8,567 bases of DNA from Amoebidium appalachense (Eukaryota; Protista; Ichthyosporea): NCBI GenBank assembly GCA_963693365.1, contig CAVNZM010000099.1, positions 1-8,567 of the forward strand, in the 5' to 3' direction. Below, piece by piece: positions 1-8,059 of this stretch (position 1 is the stretch's first letter; each line of letters opens with the position of its first letter). The translations under genes were made by a program, and so were the position numbers. The notes below the pieces were generated by a model, which saw only the letters and a program-made list of their open reading frames with translations, had not been told where the DNA came from and did not search any database.

Positions 1-567
1 CTATTAGCTAATCAAAACATCAGATTCCACATATCGCTAGACCGATTTTGATTGGTTCGATTCAGATTCACATATCACTGGATCGATTTTCAATTGGCTC
101 AGGTCGGTAGGCTTAGGTATATAAGCAAGACAGTTTTCAGCAGATCAGCAAGCTACAAACACATCTTCTGTGTTGAGCACCTACAGCCCTTACGGCTATA
201 CATTTTCTTTTCACCCACCCACCTACACCCACACTCACCCCCATTGATCCACACATGCGTGCTGTTTTTTCACGGGGCGAAGACTTCCCCCGTTTTTTGG
301 GCACAAGGACCTCACGGATCAATAAATTGATGACTGGGGGGCTTGCCGTGGTTTACAACCATTGCAGGTTCACTTTCGTCCAAGGGGATGTCCCCCTAGA
401 GGCAACACACGTCCCGGAGTAGTTTTCATAGATTTGGGCACAAGGACCTCACGGATCAATAAATTGATGACTGGGGGCTTGCCGTGGTTTACAACCATTG
501 CAGGTTCAAATTCGTCCAAGGGGATGTCCCCCTAGAGGCAACACACGTCCCGGGGTAGTTTTCATAG
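1..567 (+). mobile_element. 3' end (partial A plus B) of another copy of the same YR element, with a tandem duplication of its last ~135 bp
   Basis: 1-431 aligns with 7018-7446 with scattered substitutions and indels. 433-567 repeats 296-431. The copy continues beyond the left window edge. Confidence 0.88.
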
Positions 568-885
568 GTGCACATTTTAAGCATGTTACATATATATAGT
601 GCATATCACATTGGATATAATATTGGGCAGGTTACCTGTCACTGGGTCCCTTCGTCACATATCCATTATATATGTTGTGCATGTGTATTTGCATATCTAG
701 TGTTCGATATCCACTGGATATCACGTTTCCCGTGGATATCTAGTGGATCCCTAACAGTAGTTATCCAATGGATATCAGGGTTTTAACAGATATCTATATA
801 CATATTAGCCGTAGATATCCAAGATTAATATCTATTTGTTTTTACATATCTTTAACCCATGAACTGGATGTAGGGTTATGTTCAG

Positions 886-963
886 GATGGGTTTGAGTAT
901 ATGGATATCTTAAATATATCTGTTATGGGTTCCGGATGTTTCGGCAAGATTGCTGATGTAAAG
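886..963 (+). pseudogene. Possible protein-kinase exon fragment (Gly-rich loop)
   Basis: TTCAG| DGFEYMDILNISVMGSGCFGKIADVK |GTACAA; GSGCFGKI fits GxGxFGx(V/I). No catalytic-loop motifs found in the window. Confidence 0.3.
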
Positions 964-983
964 GTACAATAAGGACGCTGGTA

Positions 984-1020
984 CCCCCCCCCCCCCCCCC
1001 CCAAAAAAAAAAAAGAAAAG

Positions 1021-1060
<40 letters not shown>

Positions 1061-1065
1061 ACACA
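984..1065. repeat. poly-C, poly-A and (CA)n simple repeats
   Basis: Directly visible. Confidence 0.95.
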
Positions 1066-1162
1066 GCTTTCCATCCACCTTGCCTTAAGTTCTATCATAA
1101 ACTAATTTGCTGTTTGCTGATCTCTCTTCCCACTCACTTGGTTACTTTGGTGCATCGTGTTC

Positions 1163-1257
1163 TGTGTGTGTGGGTGGTAGTGTGCATCAGTGTGTGTGTG
1201 TGTGTGCTATATATATGTATAAACATTGTGTATATATGTCGTTGATCACCATCCCCC

Positions 1258-1288
<31 letters not shown>

Positions 1289-1293
1289 AAAAA
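1163..1293. repeat. (TG)n, poly-C and poly-A simple repeats
   Basis: Directly visible. Confidence 0.9.
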
Positions 1294-1532
1294 CGCCTGT
1301 TCTCCCACCTCTCCATCCCCCCCATCTCTCTGTATGTGCGCACATGTAGGTGTGGGCCCGGGTGTGTATGCACAATAATGTATTTTGGTTCTCAATGTAT
1401 CCCTTGGTAGTCGTTATACTTGTAAAGGGTTACGTCGAGGCTTCCAGCAACCATATCCTATACAAGTATTGCACGAGGGGAGGGAATGACATGTACTAAC
1501 CCCCCCCCCCCCCCCCCCCCCCCCCGCGGGAG

Positions 1533-1728
1533 CAGCTCGAGGACATGCGTGTTGACGGAGTGCCATGTGATTGACCCACCACCCAGTAACGACCCTGAGG
1601 ACGTCAGCAGCCACAGCCACAGCGAGGAACAAGAATCAGTGCCACAAGAGAGTCTGCGGGGAATAAGGCGACGAGCAAAGATTGGAGTACTAGTAGTTGT
1701 CATTGCATTATGGTTAGAAATCAAGTAA
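1533..1728 (+). CDS. Possible host terminal exon of unknown function (acidic/Ser-rich, then basic and hydrophobic tail)
   Basis: TACTAAC at 1494-1500, poly-C, then AG/CAG at 1531-1535; open frame to TAA ending 1728. No recognisable domain. Confidence 0.3.
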
Positions 1729-1899
1729 ATAAGCAATTATTCTTGTAGAAGTTATAAATGTGCATGTTGATACGATAGAAAAATGTAGAAGTTTGGAAGT
1801 TGGATAATAGCGTTTGTGTCACATGCTCCTGGGGAGCATGACTAATAAAAAAAAAACCTTAAGTGTGCAGCCGTCATTGAACAAGTGTCACCATCCCAA

Positions 1900-1900
<1 letters not shown>

Positions 1901-1932
<32 letters not shown>

Positions 1933-2010
1933 GAGGGGGGGGGGGGGGGGGTGGGGGGAGAGGGGGGGGGGGGGGGGGAGTGGGGGAAGGGGGGGGGGGG
2001 GGGGGGGAGG
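1901..2010. repeat. Interrupted poly-G tract (G-quadruplex-capable)
   Basis: ~110 nt that are almost entirely G. Confidence 0.95.
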
Positions 2011-2150
2011 TGAATAGATAGAGAGATATCCATATAGACATCATTTATATATTCAGATACCTATATAGGTATATATAGAAGTGGTATACAATCAATATCA
2101 TTTCTAATATAGAATACATATTCAGCTAATAAATTCTGAATATGTGTTTA

Positions 2151-2345
2151 GGTTTTATTTGTGGAATTTATTGACATAAATATTTTTTCTGGGTAAACAC
2201 GTAGGATGGGTGTCCGATATCAACATAACCATGTATGCTTCGTTTCGTGTTTTAGCAGTTCGCGTTCGGCTGCCCGCATACGGGCACCTAATTAGCCGAT
2301 TAAAAACGTCAGATTCCACAGATCACTAGACCGAATTTGATTGGC
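2151..2345 (+). repeat. Partial A repeat (candidate A1, element 5' terminus)
   Basis: Begins GGTTTTATTTGTGGAATTTATTGACATAAA, as at 6881 (the B1/A2 junction), with no B sequence upstream. Aligns to ~7073. Confidence 0.8.
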
Positions 2346-2346
2346 G

Positions 2347-2919
2347 GGTGGGTGGGTGAAAAAGGATTATATAGCTGTAAGGCTGTGGGTGCTAAACACA
2401 GAAGATGTGTTTGTAGCTTGCTGATCTGCTAAAAACTGTCGTGCTTATATACCTAAGCCTACAGATCTGAGCCAATCAAAATCGATCTAGTGATATGTGA
2501 AATCTGATCCGAGCCAATCAAAACTCGGTCTAGTGATATGTGGAATCTGATGTTTTGATTGGCTAATAGGTGCCCGTGTGCGGGCAGCCAACCGTGAACT
2601 GCTAAAACACGAAACGAAGCCTACATGGTTATGTTGATACCGAACACCCATCCTACGTGTTTACCCAGAAAAAATATTTATGTCAATAAATTCCACAAAT
2701 AAAACCTCTATGAAAAACTACTCCGGGACGTGTGTTGCCTCTAGGGGGACATCCCCTTGGACGAAAGTGAACCTGCAATGGTTGTAAACCACGGCACGAG
2801 AGCAGTATGCTTGCTCCAAAGGTTTCACTTAAGAATAGAGGCGAACACACGTGTGGTAGTGGCAGCAATGGAGGCCGGGCGAAGTCGAGTATAGATCAGG
2901 AAACAGTCGGAGGACCATC
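2347..2919 (-). mobile_element. Inverted fragment of the YR element: last ~31 YR codons, B1 and most of A
   Basis: Reverse complement of 6669-7237. Encodes WSSDCFLIYTRLRPASIAATTTRVFASILK* (stop at 2825-2827); B at 2707-2796. Confidence 0.9.
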
Positions 2920-3501
2920 TAACAGATAATGGGAGAAATTGTAAACTTTACATTGTTGGGTACGTCACAACGGCATCTAAACACAGTTGTTTGCTTGGTC
3001 ACGTAGGTGCAACGACGCACGAAATGGGCACAAAAAAAGGCTGTCTATAGGTGATCGGCAAACACGGAGGCAAGAAGCAAAGGGGAGGCAACCCCAACGA
3101 ACGCCGTCATAAAAGCTCATTTCAGGTTTAAGTAGAAAAGCTGCCGGCATGGCCGGCAGGACACATGAACCTTCACATTTTAATAAACGGACCGGTTTTA
3201 CACATGTATGTAGGGATCCGGGTGTAAATTTAGTTCGTAGTAGATACAAGCCAAGTCTGCATACGCGCTCTAGTTTTTACCGTCGTTGGTGGACATACAT
3301 TAGCTAGCACATGCTCACATGCCTACATCGTGCCTATTTATGCTCATACGGTAACTAGGACGACCTTTCAGTTTGCCAAATTTAACGAACGAAATCTTGA
3401 AAATACTAAGGGAAAAGGTGTGTGTGGAGATTGGGAACGGTCGGCGAGAAATAGAAAACGGACATAAAGCGCACGTCTAGAGGATAGACAATCACGGAGA
3501 G

Positions 3502-3680
3502 TGGACTCTGAGAGTCTGCATCTCGTAGCAAACACTTCCAAAATGGGCTCATAATAAAAAACAAAGCATCACCACATGGACTCTGGGAGTCTGCTTCGCG
3601 TATCAGACACCTCTAAAAAGGGCACATGAAAAAGACCAAAGACTCACTACTTGGACTCTGAGAGTCCGTCTCTAGTTAGA
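3502..3680. repeat. Degenerate 75-bp tandem repeat (~2.3 units) with palindromic core GGACTCT-G-AGAGTC(C/T)
   Basis: TGGACTCTG starts at 3502, 3577 and 3652; the intervening sequences are related but diverged. Confidence 0.8.
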
Positions 3681-3919
3681 CAACACATGTTAATGACCTA
3701 CCAAAAAGGAAAAATAGACACCTTCGAAATGTAATATCAAGAAACACGCATTCATATTCATAGGACGTCAACCTCGAGTGGAGGAAGGGACGCTTTTTCA
3801 TAAATACTTAAAGTCAGGTTTGCACAGTGGAGGCCGTCTAATATGAATCATGCTAATTTCGATTTCACCTCCCCCCAAACAAGATATTGCTATTTCCTTC
3901 GAGTGTTTTCAAAGGATGG

Positions 3920-4001
3920 TATTATAGTCTTTATGTCCTCGCTCATGAGTGCCTTTACGATATTATAGTCTTTATGTCCTCGCTCATGAGTGCCTTTACG
4001 A
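3920..4001. repeat. Perfect 41-bp tandem duplication
   Basis: TATTATAGTCTTTATGTCCTCGCTCATGAGTGCCTTTACGA at 3920-3960 and 3961-4001. Confidence 0.95.
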
Positions 4002-4287
4002 TTTCATTGAAAGTTCAGCAACACCATAGTATTACACATTCATGTGAAGGTCTATGTAAGTCATTCGAGTCAACCCAGACACCATACACAATATCGCTAT
4101 CCCTTGAAGTTCCGTGGGTTTCCGAAGGATGGTATTTTCGTCCTTATGGTTTGTATGTGTTCCCTTGGTCGTTTTGCGGGGTCTGGAACCTCCGTAGATG
4201 CTCGGCGCTTTGTTTGTCCTGATGGGTAAGGAGAATTTTAGTTACAACCCTCAAACAATCCTGCATGCTTGCATGCTTTCATGAACT

Positions 4288-4329
4288 TCACACACACACA
4301 CACACACACTCACACTCACACACTCACAA

Positions 4330-4381
<52 letters not shown>

Positions 4382-4416
4382 CTCTCTCATTCTCTCTCTC
4401 TCTCTCTCTCTCTCAC

Positions 4417-4476
<60 letters not shown>

Positions 4477-4764
4477 ACTCTCACACACTCTCTCTCTTGC
4501 TGTCTATCTCTAACTCCCTCTCTTTCTTCCACTCCGCCTCTCCTCTATCCCCCTAACTCACCCCTAATTCTTTCGTTCAATCTCTTTTATAAAACGGTTC
4601 TCTCTTTTCTAAAACGGTTCGCACACCTTCTGCTCAAGCTCCCTCTTGCTCTCTCGCTGTATCTATCATGGCATTTTCTCTCTCTCACTCTTTACTTGAT
4701 ACATGCACATACATGTACGTACCCACACACACTCTCTCTTTCTCGTTCTCTCTGTCTCATTCTC

Positions 4765-4819
<55 letters not shown>

Positions 4820-4960
4820 GAGACTCTCTCCCTCTCTCTCTCTCCCCCCCCCCTCTCTCTGTCTCTGTCTCTGTCTCGGTCTCTGTCTCTGTCTCTGTCT
4901 CTGTCTCTGTCTCTCTCTCTCCCTCCCCCTCCCCTCCCTTCCTCTGTCTCTATCTCCGCC
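4288..4960. repeat. Compound microsatellite region: (CA)n, (CT)n, (CTCTGT)n and a 2 x 20-bp tandem at 4581-4620
   Basis: Directly visible; accounts for the SL/HT-repeat ORFs. Confidence 0.95.
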
Positions 4961-5049
4961 TCTCAGCCCTATCCCCCTATATCCCTACCTCTCTCGGGCA
5001 TGCAAATGCACTTGCAATGTAATGACATACACATTTATCACCGAAATCC

Positions 5050-5653
5050 CGTTTACGCATCACCACGACCAGGCTATGGACGGCTGGCTGCTGCCGCCCG
5101 GGCAGACATAGCCGAATGGCACCAGTTCCTCACATCATGGAATGAGGTGCACCTTATCACACCCCCCACATACACCACCCTAGCCACCGATGCTGCCGGA
5201 TCAGTTGGTCTAGGGGGCCACTGGCTCGACCAATGGTTTTTCATGCCCTGGTCTCCCTCCACCCAAGCCCTCTATGCTCATGAGGGTAAACTCGGTTCAT
5301 CCGTCATCGAACTCTTGGCCATCGCCGCCGCCGCGGTCCTCTGGGCCCCCTCCTGGTCCACTGGCCACCATGTCCGTATTTTATACGACAACACGGGTGC
5401 TGTATCGGACCTGCACTCCTGGTCTTCCCCTCACCCCGTGATGGCCAAACTTATTCGGTTCATCACCCGCATGGAAATGCAATACCAATTTACGTTACAG
5501 GCCTCCTACCTACCGGGACCCCTCAACCATCTAGCCGATGCCATTTCTCGTAACCAACTTCCCCGCGCCCGACGACTCCGACCTTCCCTGCAACCGGCGC
5601 CCGGCCCCTTCCCCTCCTGGGTCCACGAGTTCCTATCCCTTCCCCTGGGCTAA
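5050..5653 (+). CDS. C-terminal part of a DIRS-type pol ORF: connection region plus RNase H (RT domain missing)
   Basis: Motifs ADIAEWHQFLTSWN, TDAAGSVGLGG (D 5189), IELLAI (E 5309), ILYDNTGAV (D 5387), YLPGPLNHLADAISR (D 5537): all four DEDD residues. The part of the called ORF at 4703-~5000 is microsatellite translation. Confidence 0.88.
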
Positions 5654-5659
5654 CACCCC

Positions 5660-5700
<41 letters not shown>

Positions 5701-5702
5701 AG
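5650..5702 (+). promoter_or_regulatory. Candidate 3' splice site ahead of YR (branch point, poly-C, CAG)
   Basis: CTAAC at 5650-5654 (overlapping the RNase H stop), 40 C at 5661-5700, AG at 5701-5702. Confidence 0.4.
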
Positions 5703-5731
5703 ATCTCCCCTTCCGGAGCAACGCTGGCAGA

Positions 5732-6763
5732 TTGGCCCCCCACTCTGCTCCGGCCGAGCTGCTTCGAGCCACCACTACCCTGCAGGAATGCCAGGCCCTG
5801 AGTCTCAACCTCGACTCTCGGGTCTTTTACTCCCGGGTGCAAAAAGTGTTCATCGATTTTTGTATGGCATCCCGGCTGCAATCCTCCTCCGGTTCCTACC
5901 TCCCGGCCTCCCCACCCACCGTGCAGCTCTTTCTCGCCTGGTGTGCCCAACTAGGGGTACAGGCCTCTTCCTTGGCCGGCTACAATTCGGCCATCACCAG
6001 ACTCCACCTCGACATGGGCCTCCCTGCTCCCTACCCCCACGACAAGTCTCTGGCCTGGTTCCTACGAGGGGTGGGCAGATGGCAGCTATCTCACAACATC
6101 CGGCCCCGATCATCTACCAGGGAGCCCCTTCTGCCCTCCCACCTCGGCATACTCCATGGCCAGTGCCCTACCGAGGCCTCCTCGGCCAATCTCCGGCTAT
6201 GGACGGTCCTCATCGTCGGTTTTTGTGGTGTCCTCCGTTCGGTGGAATTTACCTCCAAGACCCTGACTTCCTTCGACCCGTCCCGTCACGTTAAACAGAA
6301 GGACGTGACCTTCAGCTACACCCCCACCGGTACTTTGTCCCATGCCACCCTCCACCTGCCCACCTCCAAGACGGATGTACAGGCCCGAGGTGTCAACGTC
6401 ACTCTAGCTGCCCTGCCTCTCATCCACTTCTCCCCAGCCCATCTCCTCCGGCAGTTCCTGGATACAACGTCCGGCCAACCCGACGACCCCCTGTTCAGTC
6501 TCGGTGGCATTCCCTACACCAAGGGTGCTTTCTCTGCCGACTTCCGTGCCCTCCTCTCCCGGGCTGGCCTCTCACCCTCCCGGTTTGCCGGCCACAGCCT
6601 CCGAATTGGGGGGGCCACAGCCCTGGCTGAGGCCGGGGTCGACGACTCCCGGATCAAACAACTCGGCCGATGGTCCTCCGACTGTTTCCTGATCTATACT
6701 CGACTTCGCCCGGCCTCCATTGCTGCCACTACCAAGCGTGTATTCGCCTCTATTCTTAAGTGA
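5732..6763 (+). CDS. Tyrosine recombinase (DIRS/Ngaro-type integrase); true start uncertain
   Basis: Complete catalytic set: R in LRSVEF (6236), K in TSKTD (6368), HxxR in HSLRIGGAT (6593/6602), W in LGRWSS (6671), Y in LIYTR (6695). N-terminal motif YSRVQKVFIDFC. No internal stops. The ORF call starts at TTG; the first ATG (5864) is downstream of the conserved N-terminal motif. Confidence 0.95.
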   Translation: MAPHSAPAELLRATTTLQECQALSLNLDSRVFYSRVQKVFIDFCMASRLQSSSGSYLPASPPTVQLFLAWCAQLGVQASSLAGYNSAITRLHLDMGLPAPYPHDKSLAWFLRGVGRWQLSHNIRPRSSTREPLLPSHLGILHGQCPTEASSANLRLWTVLIVGFCGVLRSVEFTSKTLTSFDPSRHVKQKDVTFSYTPTGTLSHATLHLPTSKTDVQARGVNVTLAALPLIHFSPAHLLRQFLDTTSGQPDDPLFSLGGIPYTKGAFSADFRALLSRAGLSPSRFAGHSLRIGGATALAEAGVDDSRIKQLGRWSSDCFLIYTRLRPASIAATTKRVFASILK

Positions 6764-6791
6764 AACCTTTGGAGCAAGCATACTGCTCTCG

Positions 6792-6880
6792 TGCCGTGGT
6801 TTACAACCATTGCAGGTTCACTTTCGTCCAAGGGGATGCCCCCCTAGAGGCAACACACGTCCCGGAGTAGTTTTCATAGA
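6792..6880 (+). repeat. Split direct repeat B1
   Basis: TGCCGTGGTTTACAACC...GTAGTTTTCATAGA, nearly identical to 7359-7447, ~345-431, ~480-567 and (inverted) 2707-2796. Confidence 0.85.
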
Positions 6881-7036
6881 GGTTTTATTTGTGGAATTTA
6901 TTGACATAAATATTTTTCTGGGTAAAACACGTAGGATGGGTGTTCGGTATCGACATAACCATGTAGGCTTCGTTTCGTGTTTTAGCAGCTCGCGATTGGC
7001 TGCCCGCACACGGGCACCTATTAGCCAAACAAAACG

Positions 7037-7142
7037 TCAGATTCCACATATCACTAGACCGATTTTGATTGGCTCGGATCAGATTTCACATATCAGTAGA
7101 TCGATTTTGATTAGTTCAGATCAGCAGGCTTCGGTATATAAG
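7037..7142 (+). promoter_or_regulatory. Candidate Pol II promoter in the A repeat: 2 x 42-bp units with a reverse CCAAT box, then TATATAAG
   Basis: Units at 7037-7078 and 7079-7120 (GATTGG, GATTAG); TATATAAG at 7135-7142, retained at 118-125 and inverted at 2444-2451. Motif evidence only. Confidence 0.5.
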
Positions 7143-7335
7143 CACGACAGTTTTTAGCAGATCAGCAAGCTACGAACACATCTTCTGTGTTGAGCACCTA
7201 CAGCCCTACAGCTATATTTTCTTTTCACCCACCCACCTACACCCACACTCAACCCCCATTGATCGTCACATACGTGCTGTTTTTTCACGGGGCGAAGACT
7301 TCCCCCGCTTTTTGGGCACAAGGACCTCACGGATC

Positions 7336-7341
7336 AATAAA
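7336..7341 (+). terminator. Candidate polyadenylation signal near the end of the A repeat
   Basis: AATAAA just upstream of B2, retained at 321-326 and 458-463. Confidence 0.35.
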
Positions 7342-7358
7342 ATTGATGACTGGGGGCT

Positions 7359-7447
7359 TGCCGTGGTTTACAACCATTGCAAGTTCACTTTCGTCCAAGG
7401 TGATGTCCCCCTAGAGGCAACACACGTCCCGGAATAGTTTTCATAGA
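7359..7447 (+). repeat. Split direct repeat B2; element 3' terminus
   Basis: Second direct copy of B. Homology ends at TTTTCATAGA, followed by unrelated A/T-rich flank. Confidence 0.85.
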
Positions 7448-7589
7448 AAAAAAGAAAGAAAGCCGAGTTAGTATTTCATTTCTTTCGATGATATCTATTT
7501 TCTATTTTATTTATTCATTGATATATCTATTCATTCATTTATTTATTTATTTATTTATTTTTTATTTTTTTTTTTTGGGGGGGGGGGGG

Positions 7590-7762
7590 TTACTTATGAG
7601 GGGTAACGTCCATTTGAACCTCGCATAGGGTCGAAGCGTCGGTGTAAGGCACGATTTTCTTCACCACCCGAACTGCATCGAACCCACAATACACATCCAA
7701 ATAGCCGCCTAGAGCAGGGTAGGGCGCGGGAGGATTTGAGCACTTTACCCGTCCACGTACAC
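7590..7762 (-). pseudogene. Terminal exon of the F-type lectin gene with an apparent 1-nt frameshift (pseudogene or sequence error)
   Basis: Branch point CTAAC at 7782-7778, CAG at 7765-7763. Reads VYVDG, then with one extra G at 7748-7750 VKCSNPPAPYPALGGYLDVYCGFDAVRVVKKIVPYTDASTLCEVQMDVTPHK*. TLCEVQ matches the F-lectin terminal strand LxLCEVxV. Minus-strand AATAAA repeats follow at ~7538-7566. Confidence 0.7.
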
Positions 7763-8059
7763 CTGTGCACGGTGGGTGTTAGAATGACACAAAAAATAAG
7801 ATTTAAATCATAAGTTCGGACCAATCAAAGGTCACCGTGCACTTTAGTGTCAAGGCCATCGGTGGATACATGGTACAGAGCGTCCAATTAGCTTCTTTAT
7901 GCCGGGAAAGAAGCGGTTGTGTGTGTGCGGATAGAGAGGTTGGGGGGGGGGGGGGGGTAGAATGGGTTACATAGCACGAAGTACACATTTTTGACGGCCA
8001 ATACAACGCAAGGAGAGGGGGGGGGGGGGGGGGGGTAATGGGGTTACATAATGTCTCAC

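Larger units (their letters stand above)
6881..7358 (+). repeat. Split direct repeat A2 (LTR-like segment)
   Basis: Lies between the two B copies. Homologous to 2151-2345, 1-~344 and (inverted) 2347-2706. Confidence 0.8.
5050..7447 (+). mobile_element. 5'-truncated tyrosine-recombinase retrotransposon (DIRS order, Ngaro/PAT-like split direct repeats): RNase H - YR - B1 - A2 - B2
   Basis: DIRS-type RNase H domain, then YR ORF, then an ~89-bp repeat (6792-6880) that recurs directly at 7359-7447 around a ~480-bp A segment. The left boundary is approximate: GC-rich coding-like sequence begins ~5050, after CT microsatellites. Confidence 0.88.

Noticed and set aside
326-431. Hammerhead ribozyme (TTGATGA on +, GGACGAAA on -)
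   Set aside because: The two core motifs lie on opposite strands and no complete core can be assembled on either.
2347-2919. Left inverted terminal repeat of a DIRS1-type (ITR/ICR) element
   Set aside because: It includes YR coding sequence and is truncated within A; the B-A-B 3' layout fits split direct repeats better.
3502-3680. CRISPR-like array
   Set aside because: The spacers are homologous to each other, the core is only ~17 bp, there are no cas genes and the context is eukaryotic.
4265-5111. SL/HT/poly-P ORFs here and at 882-1375, 1814-2033 and 8152-8535
   Set aside because: They are translations of microsatellites and homopolymers.
5732-6763. Prophage integrase or Crypton DNA transposon
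   Set aside because: The adjacent DIRS-type RNase H and split direct repeats indicate a YR retrotransposon.
5788-6781. Alternative-frame and antisense ORFs overlapping YR
   Set aside because: Shadow ORFs of GC-rich coding DNA with no recognisable motifs.
6720-7414. ORFs within the terminal repeats (also 52-330 and 2683-2868)
   Set aside because: Reading frames are not preserved among the repeat copies because of indels.
7594-7824. 76-aa minus-strand ORF from the track
   Set aside because: Wrong frame; the lectin-like peptide lies in the other frames of this segment.
7934-8050. Duplicated poly-G plus ATGGG(G)TTACATA motif
   Set aside because: Short low-complexity duplication inside the predicted lectin intron with no sign of function.
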